DNA of 64,000 bases. It comes from Bacteroidota bacterium. Its GTDB lineage: Bacteria; Bacteroidota; Bacteroidia; 2-12-FULL-35-15. The notes under the pieces were generated by a model. It saw only the letters and a list, made by a program, of their open reading frames with translations. It was not told the DNA's origin and searched no databases. This document shows, piece after piece, positions 20,690-29,905 of this stretch. A program made the position numbers and the translations under genes. Every line of letters starts with the position of its first letter. Positions within the stretch are counted from its first letter, which is position 1. The stretch spans positions 574-64,573 of the forward strand of contig CANJPX010000010.1 of assembly GCA_947476185.1 (NCBI GenBank), given 5' to 3'.

Positions 20690-21529
20690 CTACAAATATT
20701 TTTCAAGTAATGCTTCCATTTCTTTTTGCAACTTCATCGCTTCCTCTCTTGCTTTTTCAGCAAAATTATCGCCAGTACTTGCATAAATAATTCCGCGAGA
20801 GGAGTTTACTAATAAACCACATTTTTTATTCATTCCGTATTTAGCAACATCACTAAGACTTCCGCCTTGAGCGCCAACACCAGGTACCAGTAAAAAACTA
20901 TCAGGAATAATCTTTCGGATATCAGAAAGCATTTCTGCTTTTGTTGCACCAACAACATACATCATGTTATCGGGACATGACCAGGATTTGGAAATTTCAA
21001 GAACATTCTCAAAATTCCTCCCCCTACCCCCTCCAGAGGGGGACAATATCTCAGTCAGTTGAAAGTCTGAAGCTCCGGAATTGGAAGTCAATGCTAATAA
21101 GATCACCCATTTATTTTTGTATTCCAAAAAGGGTGTCACACTATCTTCTCCCATATATGGAGCAACAGTAATCGAGTCAAAATCTAAGTTCTCCAAAAAT
21201 GCTTTTGCATACATCTTTGATGTGTTGCCTATATCACCACGTTTTGCATCTGCAATTGTAAAAATATCCGGACACGTTTGATTGATATACTTGATCGTTC
21301 TTTCTAAACTGACCCAGCCTTTTGCACCTTGCGTTTCATAAAAAGCCATATTCGGTTTATAAGAAACACAAAAATCTTTCGTGGCGTCAATGATCTGTTT
21401 ATTGAATTCGAAAATTGGGTCTTCAGATTTTAACAGATGCTGAGGGATCTTGGTAATATCAGAATCTAAGCCAACGCATAGAAAGCTTTTTTTCTTTTTT
21501 ATGTTTTCGAAAAGTTCTGTTCTTGTCAT
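20690..21529 (-). CDS. pyrF: orotidine 5'-phosphate decarboxylase (type 2)
   Basis: 279 aa. ..[16 protein letters not shown].. motifs of long-form PyrF. Carries an odd low-complexity stretch [10 protein letters not shown] encoded by a GC-rich palindromic motif (see findings). Confidence 0.85.
   Translation of the reverse strand: MTRTELFENIKKKKSFLCVGLDSDITKIPQHLLKSEDPIFEFNKQIIDATKDFCVSYKPNMAFYETQGAKGWVSLERTIKYINQTCPDIFTIADAKRGDIGNTSKMYAKAFLENLDFDSITVAPYMGEDSVTPFLEYKNKWVILLALTSNSGASDFQLTEILSPSGGGRGRNFENVLEISKSWSCPDNMMYVVGATKAEMLSDIRKIIPDSFLLVPGVGAQGGSLSDVAKYGMNKKCGLLVNSSRGIIYASTGDNFAEKAREEAMKLQKEMEALLEKYL
21018..21046. repeat. GC-rich palindromic mini-motif (CCCCCTACCCCCTC-CAGA-GGGGG), copy inside pyrF
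   Basis: Direct reading. Very unusual G/C runs for this AT-rich sequence. A near-identical motif recurs at 21618-21650. Confidence 0.45.
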
Positions 21530-21617
21530 TTGATTCCGCTACCTCTATTGAAAGAGGAAATTGATTTTTTTATTTGATGTGTATAGCAACTATTATTAAT
21601 TTTAGTTGCGAATATTC

Positions 21618-21650
21618 TTTTACACCCCCCTACCCCTCTCAAGAGGGGAA
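21618..21650. repeat. GC-rich palindromic mini-motif (CCCCCCTACCCCTCTC-AA-GAGGGG), intergenic copy between pyrF and prfA
   Basis: Shares CCCCCTACCCC + TC + AGAGGGG with the 21018-21046 copy. Forms a 6-7 bp G/C stem. Confidence 0.45.
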
Positions 21651-21723
21651 TTAATTAGTTTGTAAATATTAATTTCAGTACTTTGTAGTCATTTCAAAAT
21701 TGAAACATTTCCAAATTTTCAAA

Positions 21724-22800
21724 TTAAACCCCAACACCACCTTCTTTCAATCGTTCTGAATTCTCGGCCAACTGAAGTGCATCGATCATATTTTGAATTT
21801 TGCCATCCATAAAATCTGTAAGATTATACAGTGTCATATTAATACGATGATCAGTAATCCTGTTTTGAGGATAATTATATGTTCTGATCTTTTCGGAACG
21901 ATCACCCGTTGCAACAATGGTTTTTCTACGTTTAGATATTGCATCTAAATGTTTTGTCATTTCGATATCGTACAATTTGGTACGCAACATTTGCATTGCT
22001 ATCTCACGATTTCCAAGTTGAGAACGATCTTGCTGACAAACAACAACGATTCCGGTTGGTTTATGCGTCAACTGCACTTTTGTTTCAACCTTATTTACGT
22101 TCTGTCCACCTGCACCACCGGAGCGCGATGTTTGCATTTCAATATCACCGGGATTTAAAACAACATCCACCTCATCTGCCTCAGGCATAACCAAAACTGA
22201 AGCTGCAGATGTATGCACACGGCCCATTGTTTCGGTCAAAGGAACACGCTGAACACGATGCACACCAGCTTCAAACTTCAACATTCCATAAGCATTGTCT
22301 GAAGTGATCTTGATTATAACCTCTTTGAATCCACCCATTGTTCCATCGTTGGAATCAACTACTTCATACTTTAAGCCTTTTTCATCAAAATAACGACAAT
22401 ACATTCTGAAAAGATCACCTGCAAAAATACTCGCTTCATCACCACCTGTACCGGCACGAATTTCCATAACGGCATTACGTGCATCCTCAGGATCTTTAGG
22501 GACAAGCATTTGACGGATATCATTTTCCATTTGCTCCTTCTTTGGAAGAAGTTCTTCCATATCCATCTTTGCCATCTCTTTCATCTCATCATCTTTTTCG
22601 TTGGCAAAAACGCTCTTATTGAACTCGATATTCTCAACTACATTTTTGTATTCGTGGTAAGCATTTACAACCAATGTAAGATCTTTATATTCTTTATTGA
22701 ATTTTTTAAATTCCTTCATATCGCCAATTACTTTGGGATCCGACAGTTTCTGTTCAACCTCTTCCCAACGTCTTTTTATGGCAGCTAATTTTTCTAACAC
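21724..22800 (-). CDS. prfA: peptide chain release factor 1
   Basis: 358 aa with the GGQ motif ([16 protein letters not shown]) and the RF-1 type PxT-region. N-terminal [22 protein letters not shown]. Confidence 0.9.
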   Translation of the reverse strand: MLEKLAAIKRRWEEVEQKLSDPKVIGDMKEFKKFNKEYKDLTLVVNAYHEYKNVVENIEFNKSVFANEKDDEMKEMAKMDMEELLPKKEQMENDIRQMLVPKDPEDARNAVMEIRAGTGGDEASIFAGDLFRMYCRYFDEKGLKYEVVDSNDGTMGGFKEVIIKITSDNAYGMLKFEAGVHRVQRVPLTETMGRVHTSAASVLVMPEADEVDVVLNPGDIEMQTSRSGGAGGQNVNKVETKVQLTHKPTGIVVVCQQDRSQLGNREIAMQMLRTKLYDIEMTKHLDAISKRRKTIVATGDRSEKIRTYNYPQNRITDHRINMTLYNLTDFMDGKIQNMIDALQLAENSERLKEGGVGV

Positions 22801-22875
22801 TTTTTTTTACTAATTATAAGTTATGAATTATGAGTTGCGAAAGTACAAAAAAAACATGTTAAGAATAGTATTAAT

Positions 22876-23106
22876 TAAAGTCTTCGACTCCGCTCAGACT
22901 GACGTAATCGATTGGAATTTTGTCGTTGTCATGTTGAGCTTAGCCTGTACTGAGCTTTTGTCGAAGTATCGAAACATGTGGGTTAGCTTACGCAAACTCT
23001 TCTACACTTCGTCTGGCTCAGTGCAGGCTAAGCTCAGAGTGACAGCAGCACTTCGACTCCGCTCAGACTGACAATTGTGTTGTTACACTGAGCGGAGTCG
23101 AAGTGC
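22876..23106. repeat. structured non-coding element with nested inverted and direct repeats (possible MITE-like repeat or structured RNA)
   Basis: CTTCGACTCCGCTCAGACTGAC occurs twice (22882 and 23052). Its reverse complement is at 23086-23105, giving an 18-bp perfect stem. Inner inverted repeat TGAGCTTAGCCTGTACTGAGC / GCTCAGTGCAGGCTAAGCTCA (22935 vs 23012). GC content clearly above the local background. Confidence 0.45.
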
Positions 23107-23143
23107 TTTGTAAATTACTTAACTAAATATATTTGCCTCGCCA

Positions 23144-24316
23144 CTAATATTCATAAGTTCCGTTTTCGGAAATGATCGTTAACTGTTTTTTTGTTGATGC
23201 TTCCACTCTACCTACAACTTGTGCATCCACACCAAATGATCTGGAGATAGCAATGATATCATCCGCAATAGATTTGGGAACATATAATTCCATTCGATGT
23301 CCCATATTAAAAACTTTGTACATTTCTTTCCAGTCGGTAGCACTTTGTTCTTGAATCAATTTAAACAAAGGAGGAATAGGAAATAAATTGTCTTTAATAA
23401 TATGTACATTATCTACAAAATGCAAAACCTTTGTTTGTGCACCACCACTGCAATGTACCATTCCATGAATATCTGAACGGTGATGGTCAATTATTTTTTT
23501 TATGATCGGCGCGTATGTACGAGTCGGAGACAAAACTAATTTCCCTGCAGTTACTTCTTCTGTGCCGACATTTATTTTATCGGTCAATTTAATTTTACCG
23601 CTGTAAACAAGCTCTTCAGGAACGGCAGCATCATAACTTTCAGGATATTTTTTTGATACTGATTTTTCAAAAACATCATGACGGGCAGATGTCAAACCGT
23701 TGCTCCCCATTCCGCCATTGTATTCTGTTTCATAATTCGCTTTTCCCGATGACGACAAACCAACGATCACATCACCTGCTTGAATACTTGCATTATCAAT
23801 CACATCACTTCGTTTCATCCGGCAAACAACTGTTGAATCAACAATGATGGTACGAACCAGATCCCCCACATCAGCAGTTTCACCACCGGTGGAATAAATT
23901 CCAATTCCAAAATCTCTAAGTTGCTGCAATACTTCCTCTGTTCCATTAATGATAACAGACAGGACTTCTGCGGGAATATTGTTTTTATTCCTTCCAATAG
24001 TGGATGACAATAATATATTATCAATTGCTCCAACACAAAGAAGGTCATCTGTATTCATAACAATGGCATCCTGAGCGATACCTTTCCAAACGGAGATATC
24101 TCCTGTTTCTTTCCAATAGGTATATGCCAATGAAGATTTTGTACCGGCACCATCAGCATGCATTACGATGCAATAATTTTCGTCACCACTTAAATAGTCG
24201 GGGACAATTTTACAAAATGCTTTCGGGAAAAGTCCTTTGTCGATCTTAGAAATGGCTTTGTGCACATCTTCTTTGGATGCGGAAACGCCACGTTGATTGT
24301 ATCTGTTATCTGTCAT
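23144..24316 (-). CDS. purM: phosphoribosylformylglycinamidine cyclo-ligase (AIR synthase, PurM family)
   Basis: 390 aa. Motifs ADGAGTKS, GGETADVGDL, GLSSSG correspond to PurM GTDGVGTK/GGETAEM/GSSGxHSNG blocks. Confidence 0.8.
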   Translation of the reverse strand: MTDNRYNQRGVSASKEDVHKAISKIDKGLFPKAFCKIVPDYLSGDENYCIVMHADGAGTKSSLAYTYWKETGDISVWKGIAQDAIVMNTDDLLCVGAIDNILLSSTIGRNKNNIPAEVLSVIINGTEEVLQQLRDFGIGIYSTGGETADVGDLVRTIIVDSTVVCRMKRSDVIDNASIQAGDVIVGLSSSGKANYETEYNGGMGSNGLTSARHDVFEKSVSKKYPESYDAAVPEELVYSGKIKLTDKINVGTEEVTAGKLVLSPTRTYAPIIKKIIDHHRSDIHGMVHCSGGAQTKVLHFVDNVHIIKDNLFPIPPLFKLIQEQSATDWKEMYKVFNMGHRMELYVPKSIADDIIAISRSFGVDAQVVGRVEASTKKQLTIISENGTYEY

Positions 24317-24370
24317 TTTTGTTTTCCTGACTTTAAGGTCGGGGCCATATTAAAGACGGGGCCATATTAA

Positions 24371-24410
24371 ATAAAAACATCCCGTAAAAGTACGGGATGT
24401 TTTTTATTTA
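24371..24410. terminator. bidirectional rho-independent terminator (downstream of the OmpA-family gene)
   Basis: Perfect hairpin CATCCCGTA-AAAG-TACGGGATG flanked by AAAAA on one side and TTTTTTATTT on the other. Confidence 0.65.
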
Positions 24411-24425
24411 TTCTATAATAAGAAT

Positions 24426-26537
24426 TTATTTTTCTTCTTCGTCTTCACCTTCTGTTTTAGGAACAACAGGAGCGATCACAGGAACATCTTTAGGTGCATT
24501 AGGATCAACAAAATCCTTACGTAACACTTTAAATACCGTACGTCTGTTCTTCTGCATCAAAGCCTCAAATACTTCTTTCGGCTGCCCTTTAGTTGTTTTA
24601 TTGATATATGATTCAGATAATGTATAATCAACTTTTCCATCCGGCTCAATATCAACTTCTAAAGGACTTTTCTCACCATAACCTTTTGGGGTCATACGTG
24701 CAGCAGGAATTCCTTTTGAAACCAAATAGTCAACGCAAGACTTAGCACGCGCTTCAGACAATTTCTGATTTGCAGGATCGCTACCTCTATAATCCGTATG
24801 AGAACTTAATTCGATAGTGATGTTCGGGTTATCGATCAAAGTTTGATAAAGGAAATTCAATGAATCCTGAGATTCCGGTCTCAAATCTGCTTTACCTAAA
24901 TCGTATAATACATCAGGGAAACGCATTTCTTTTTTGATAGGCGCTAAACAAAAATCATGTTTAAAGATCTTTGCTTCTTCAACACCAACTGTAGTTTCTT
25001 TTACTTTATCAGAACCGTTCAAAAATCCTAATGCAGCTTGTGTGGTTTTAACATCAGGTCCAACCTGAGTAGTAATTACATAAGAAGTATTTGGGATAAC
25101 ATAACGAGCGGTACCATTTTCAGCAAATTTGAAATAACCTGCTGCATCTGTTTTTGTTTCAACAGAAGATCCGTCAGAACCAACTAATTTTACTGTCACA
25201 CCAGGAATTACTTCTTTGTATAAACAATCAGAAACAACACCTTCAATAGTAAACAACAATGGAGGAAGAACGAATGACCAGATATCATCAGCACCTTTTG
25301 TTCCTTCACGGTTTGAAGAAAGATAACCTCTTTCTTTTTTACCTTCGAAAATAATACCGAAATCATCACCAGCAGAGTTGATAGGGTATTTCATATTTGT
25401 AACGTTACCCCATTGGTCATCACCTTTTTTCTCAGCTTTGAAGATATCCAAACCACCCATTCCTAAGTGACCTGTAGAAGAGAAATATAAAGTACCATCT
25501 TCGTGGATGAAAGGATAAACATCATTACCCGGAGTATTGATAGAAGTTCCAAGGTTTATAGGATTTCCCCATTTAGCACCTTTTTTCTCATATTTCACCA
25601 TCCAGATATCATTTTCACCTTGTCCGCCTGGCATGTTAGATGAAAAGAACAATGTCGTACCATCAGCAGAAATACAAGGAGTAGCATATTTTAGTGTATC
25701 GATACAAAATGCCATTTTAACAGGATCTCCCCAACCAGCACTCTTTTTAGTAGCTGACCAAATTTGATTGTAAGTAACATTTTTCTTGTCAACAATACAT
25801 CGAGTAAAGTATATAACATCACCTTTCTTGGTAACGCTACTTAATCCTTCATTATCTTTAGTGTTCACAGGCTCAGGAAGAGATGTCGGAGTATTCCACT
25901 TCCCGTTCTTATCCATCATTGCTTCAAAAATATCACTATAGTTTTCTCCATTTGTACCATCAATTGCAGAACCAATAACTCCGGGACGCATAGATGTGAA
26001 ATAGATCTTATTATATTTTTTATCTGCATATGAAGGAGCGAAATCAGGATCTTTTGTATTCAATAATGCAATGTTCTCAACCTTATAACGGGTTGCGGCA
26101 TCTTTCCATTTTTGAGCCAACTCACATGATTTAGCGCCATCTTCACCACGAGGATCAGAAGGAACTTCTTTTTTATAGTTGTTATACTCGATCAATGCTT
26201 CGTTATATTTCTCCAATGCTTTTTTAGCATCTGCCAAATACAATTTTGCTTTCGGGTCAGTGTAATTAGCCTTTATAGCTTTCAGATACCAAGCTTCTGC
26301 TTGTTTATTGTCGCCAATCAAACGATAACACTCTGCTGTTCTGAATACGATAAAAGCCTTATCTTCCTTCTTCTTTGCCTTTGTATATGCTTTTTTGTAT
26401 AGCTCGATAGAGTTGAAATATTCCTGACTTTCAAATGCTTTTTTTGCATCAGCCATAAAATTTTTCTGTGCAAAAGCGGAAGCTGAAAATAAAAGAGCAA
26501 GAGCTAAAATTGCAGTTAATTTTGTAATTATCTTCAT
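24426..26537 (-). CDS. OmpA-family outer-membrane/peptidoglycan-associated protein with N-terminal TPR repeats and TolB-like beta-propeller
   Basis: 703 aa. Signal peptide, TPR-like helical repeats, WD40-like beta-propeller repeats (..IYFSS..). C-terminal OmpA-like domain (..SSHTDYRGSDPANQKLSEARAKSCVDYLVS..). Confidence 0.75.
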   Translation of the reverse strand: MKIITKLTAILALALLFSASAFAQKNFMADAKKAFESQEYFNSIELYKKAYTKAKKKEDKAFIVFRTAECYRLIGDNKQAEAWYLKAIKANYTDPKAKLYLADAKKALEKYNEALIEYNNYKKEVPSDPRGEDGAKSCELAQKWKDAATRYKVENIALLNTKDPDFAPSYADKKYNKIYFTSMRPGVIGSAIDGTNGENYSDIFEAMMDKNGKWNTPTSLPEPVNTKDNEGLSSVTKKGDVIYFTRCIVDKKNVTYNQIWSATKKSAGWGDPVKMAFCIDTLKYATPCISADGTTLFFSSNMPGGQGENDIWMVKYEKKGAKWGNPINLGTSINTPGNDVYPFIHEDGTLYFSSTGHLGMGGLDIFKAEKKGDDQWGNVTNMKYPINSAGDDFGIIFEGKKERGYLSSNREGTKGADDIWSFVLPPLLFTIEGVVSDCLYKEVIPGVTVKLVGSDGSSVETKTDAAGYFKFAENGTARYVIPNTSYVITTQVGPDVKTTQAALGFLNGSDKVKETTVGVEEAKIFKHDFCLAPIKKEMRFPDVLYDLGKADLRPESQDSLNFLYQTLIDNPNITIELSSHTDYRGSDPANQKLSEARAKSCVDYLVSKGIPAARMTPKGYGEKSPLEVDIEPDGKVDYTLSESYINKTTKGQPKEVFEALMQKNRRTVFKVLRKDFVDPNAPKDVPVIAPVVPKTEGEDEEEK

Positions 26538-26697
26538 AATCGATTTTTAGGTTTTACGTATTAGTGGCTGCTAAAATAAATAAATATTTGGAACAAAAAA
26601 ATTCTTTTTATGTCTATTTTATTTTATAATTCCACTTTTAAAGCCAGATATCACCGCCAAAATTGCTTTTGACAGGGTATCAGGTGCTTTTTTCCTC

Positions 26698-28887
26698 CTA
26701 TTTAGTGAACAATAACTCCCGATATTTTGGCAATGGCCAGCTTTCGTCATCTACCAATATTTCTAGCTTATCTACGTGATAACGAATTACATCGAAATAG
26801 GATTTTACCTTTTCACAATATTCAATCGCCTGTTTTTTAACATCATTAATTGAATTTGCTTTCTTTCGTGCTTCGGTCATCTCATCTACCTTTGTTTTGA
26901 TGGTATTTATATGTTCTGATATCTCAACGATCATTTCCATTTGAATTTGTGCACTTTTCTTAAAATCAGCAGCACTCATGATATCTTTCAATCCTCTTAC
27001 ATTTTCTATCAGCAAACTTTGATATTTTATTGCAGTCGGAATGATGTGATTAAAAGACAGGTCGGCCATTACGCGTGATTCTATCTGGATCTTTTTTGTA
27101 TAGGTTTCTAGGTAAATATCATACCGAGCGTGTTGTTCCCGCTCACTCATAATGTGGTTTCTTTCAAATAAACTCATCGTTTGCTTAGAAACAAAAGCCC
27201 CCAATGCCAACGGTGTTGTTTTAATGTTTGAAAGTCCGCGTTTTTCTGCTTCTTTCACCCATTCCTCACCATAACCATTTCCTTCGAAGCGAATTTTTTT
27301 CGACTCAACGATACACTCTCTCAAAACCTGAAAGATAGCTTCGTCTTTTTCAATACCTTTTGAAATTAATGCATCCACATCTTTTTTGAATTTCACCAAC
27401 TGATCTGCCATGATAGCATTTAACACTGTCATTGGACCGGCACAGTTCTGAGAAGACCCTACAGCGCGGAATTCAAATTTGTTTCCTGTAAAAGCAAATG
27501 GTGACGTTCTGTTTCTATCGGTATTGTCCAATAAAATATCCGGGATCTTACCAATTCCAAGCTTCAAAGCTGTCTTTTCATCCGGACTCATCTTGCCGGA
27601 TTTTACTTTTGTTTCCAACTCATCCAGCACATTGGAAAGTTGCGTTCCAAGGAAAACAGAAACAATTGCAGGAGGCGCTTCGTTTGCTCCCAAACGGTGA
27701 TCGTTGTTTGCAGTTGCGATACATGCACGCAACAGATCGGCATTATCGTGTACTGCTTTTACGGTATTAATAAAGAAGGTTAAGAATTGTAAATTGGTTT
27801 TTGGTGTTTTACCCGGACTCAATAAATTTTTTCCTGTATTGGTGCTCAAACTCCAGTTATTATGTTTACCACTGCCATTCACACCTGCATAAGGCTTCTC
27901 GTGCAACAGTACTCTAAAATTGTGTCTGCGCGCAACTTTCTCCATCACATCCATCAACAATTGATTGTGGTCAACAGCTAAATTACACTCTTCAAAAACG
28001 GGTGCACACTCAAATTGGTTGGGTGCTACTTCATTGTGACGGGTTTTAATAGGTATCCCTAATTTTAATGATTCGATCTCAAAATCACGCATAAAAGAAG
28101 TAGCGCGATCGGGAATAGAACCAAAATAGTGATCATCCAACTGTTGGCCTTTTGCAGGGATATGTCCGAATAATGCTCTGCCGGTCATCGCAAGATCGGG
28201 GCGGGCGTTAAATAAAGCATCGTCTACTAAAAAGTATTCTTGCTCCCAGCCCAATGTTGCGTTCACTTTTGTCACATTCTTATCGAAATACTGGCAAACA
28301 TCAACTGCTGCTTTATCAACTGCAGCCAAGGCTTTTAATAATGGCGTTTTAAAATCCAACGCTTCACCGGTATATGAAACAAAGATGGTTGGAATACATA
28401 ATGTCTTTCCGATAACAAAAGCCGGAGAAGTAGGATCCCAAGCAGTATACCCACGTGCCTCAAAAGTATTGCGGATTCCACCATTCGGGAATGACGAAGC
28501 ATCAGGTTCTTGCTGAACCAATTGTCCGCCTCCGAAACGCTCAATTGCTCTTCCACCTTCTGTAGGTTCAAAAAAAGCATCATGTTTTTCGGCTGTTGTG
28601 CCAGTCAAAGGTTGAAACCAATGTGTATAATGAGTTGCACCTTTAATATTTGCCCATGATTTCATAGATGCTGCTACCTGGTCAGCCATCTTTCTATCAA
28701 TCTGGGTTCCTTGTTCCATTGCAGCCATAACGCTGTTAAATCCTTCTTCCGAAAGATATTCTCTCATGGCATCAATGCCGAAAACATTTTCGCCGAAAAA
28801 TTCTGATACTTTGTTGTTTGGCATGTGAACGTCAAGAGGCACCCTTGAAAGTACTGTTTCTAATGCTTTAAATCTGTGAAAGGCCAT
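26698..28887 (-). CDS. glnA: glutamine synthetase type III
   Basis: 729 aa, the characteristic GSIII length. Conserved GS catalytic region (..NGSGKHNNWS.., ..RLGANEAPPAI..). Confidence 0.9.
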   Translation of the reverse strand: MAFHRFKALETVLSRVPLDVHMPNNKVSEFFGENVFGIDAMREYLSEEGFNSVMAAMEQGTQIDRKMADQVAASMKSWANIKGATHYTHWFQPLTGTTAEKHDAFFEPTEGGRAIERFGGGQLVQQEPDASSFPNGGIRNTFEARGYTAWDPTSPAFVIGKTLCIPTIFVSYTGEALDFKTPLLKALAAVDKAAVDVCQYFDKNVTKVNATLGWEQEYFLVDDALFNARPDLAMTGRALFGHIPAKGQQLDDHYFGSIPDRATSFMRDFEIESLKLGIPIKTRHNEVAPNQFECAPVFEECNLAVDHNQLLMDVMEKVARRHNFRVLLHEKPYAGVNGSGKHNNWSLSTNTGKNLLSPGKTPKTNLQFLTFFINTVKAVHDNADLLRACIATANNDHRLGANEAPPAIVSVFLGTQLSNVLDELETKVKSGKMSPDEKTALKLGIGKIPDILLDNTDRNRTSPFAFTGNKFEFRAVGSSQNCAGPMTVLNAIMADQLVKFKKDVDALISKGIEKDEAIFQVLRECIVESKKIRFEGNGYGEEWVKEAEKRGLSNIKTTPLALGAFVSKQTMSLFERNHIMSEREQHARYDIYLETYTKKIQIESRVMADLSFNHIIPTAIKYQSLLIENVRGLKDIMSAADFKKSAQIQMEMIVEISEHINTIKTKVDEMTEARKKANSINDVKKQAIEYCEKVKSYFDVIRYHVDKLEILVDDESWPLPKYRELLFTK

Positions 28888-29175
28888 TTTTGATTGAGGA
28901 TTTAAGGATTTATGTTTATGGATTTTTATATTTTTTGTTCAGAAAATCAATTTTTCGAGACAAAAGTATAAAAAATAGGGGGTGCATATCAAATAATACC
29001 ACTATTTTTTATTAACACCCCCTAAAAAGTTGGAGATTATGAATTAAAGTTGGAAATAAAAGGATCTGGAAAAGAATTTTGGATGAGAACTTTTAAAAAT
29101 AAGATTTGTGCAAAAAGACTCTCCTATAAATAGTGCGTATTTTTTCAAGCATTAAAATTAATTTCACACCATATA

Positions 29176-29210
29176 AATAAAAAAACGTCTCCGCAATTTT
29201 GCGAAGACGT
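29176..29210 (-). terminator. rho-independent terminator downstream of tatA
   Basis: Hairpin ACGTCTCCGC-AATTTT-GCGAAGACGT (10-bp stem, 1 mismatch), followed on the minus strand by TTTTTTATT. Confidence 0.55.
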
Positions 29211-29244
29211 TTTATTCTATTTCCTAATACTAAAAAACCTAATG

Positions 29245-29574
29245 CTATTTTGTGGTATCCTCTATAGCTTTGCCTTCCACCTCAACCGTTTTTGCAGCAT
29301 CCTCTATTTGCCGTTTCATCCCATCACCTGCTTTTGTAATTTCTGATTGGATCTCTGAAGTATGTTTTTCTAATTCATCTCTGAAACCTTGTGTGCTTTT
29401 TGAAATTTCATTTTCAATTTGAGCTTTCGCATCATTCAATTCCCTCAAACCTTGCCCAAGGCCTTTAGCGATGCCTGGTAATTTATCGGAGCCGAAGAAC
29501 ATAATGACCACCAGGACCACAATGAAAATTTCACCACCGCCAAGATTTAAAAATAAAAAAACTGAATTGAGCAT
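29245..29574 (-). CDS. tatA: twin-arginine translocase subunit TatA/E
   Basis: 109 aa. N-terminal TM helix then amphipathic helix ..GGGEIFIVVLVVIMFFGSDKLPGIAKGLGQGLREL.. typical of TatA. Confidence 0.8.
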   Translation of the reverse strand: MLNSVFLFLNLGGGEIFIVVLVVIMFFGSDKLPGIAKGLGQGLRELNDAKAQIENEISKSTQGFRDELEKHTSEIQSEITKAGDGMKRQIEDAAKTVEVEGKAIEDTTK

Positions 29575-29852
29575 GAATAATTGTTGATTGTTAGTTGCAG
29601 GCTTTTAAAGCTCCAACAAATAAAATTACATTACAAAGTTACATAATTATTTGTATCATGATACCTCTGCAAAAACACTATTCCACGAAAAAAAAATTCT
29701 TTTGGCGAGATCTTTTTTTACCCCGCTTCGTCGTCCCTTTACAAATAAGAAATAAAAACAAATTTTAATTCCTTTCCTTTCGCTCCGCATAAAAGGAATG
29801 GTTTATTGAAGATCATTTGATCTGAGGGTTTGCCAATACGTTTAAATTTGGT

Positions 29853-29888
29853 AATAAAAAAACCGATAAATTTCTTCATCGGTTTTTC
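29853..29888 (-). terminator. rho-independent terminator downstream of secDF
   Basis: Hairpin AAAACCGAT-GAAGAAATTT-ATCGGTTTT, followed on the minus strand by TTTTTTTATT. Confidence 0.5.
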
Positions 29889-29905
29889 AAAATATTATTT
29901 ATTAA

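Noticed and set aside
22823-23071. 82-aa ORF on the + strand
   Set aside because: It spans the inverted-repeat element, has a low-complexity translation, and has no start context. Better explained as a non-coding structured repeat.
27479-28583. Four small ORFs inside glnA (27479..27700, 27498..27770, 27704..27892 on +; 28335..28583 on -)
   Set aside because: Embedded in the highly conserved GSIII coding region, either antisense or out of frame.
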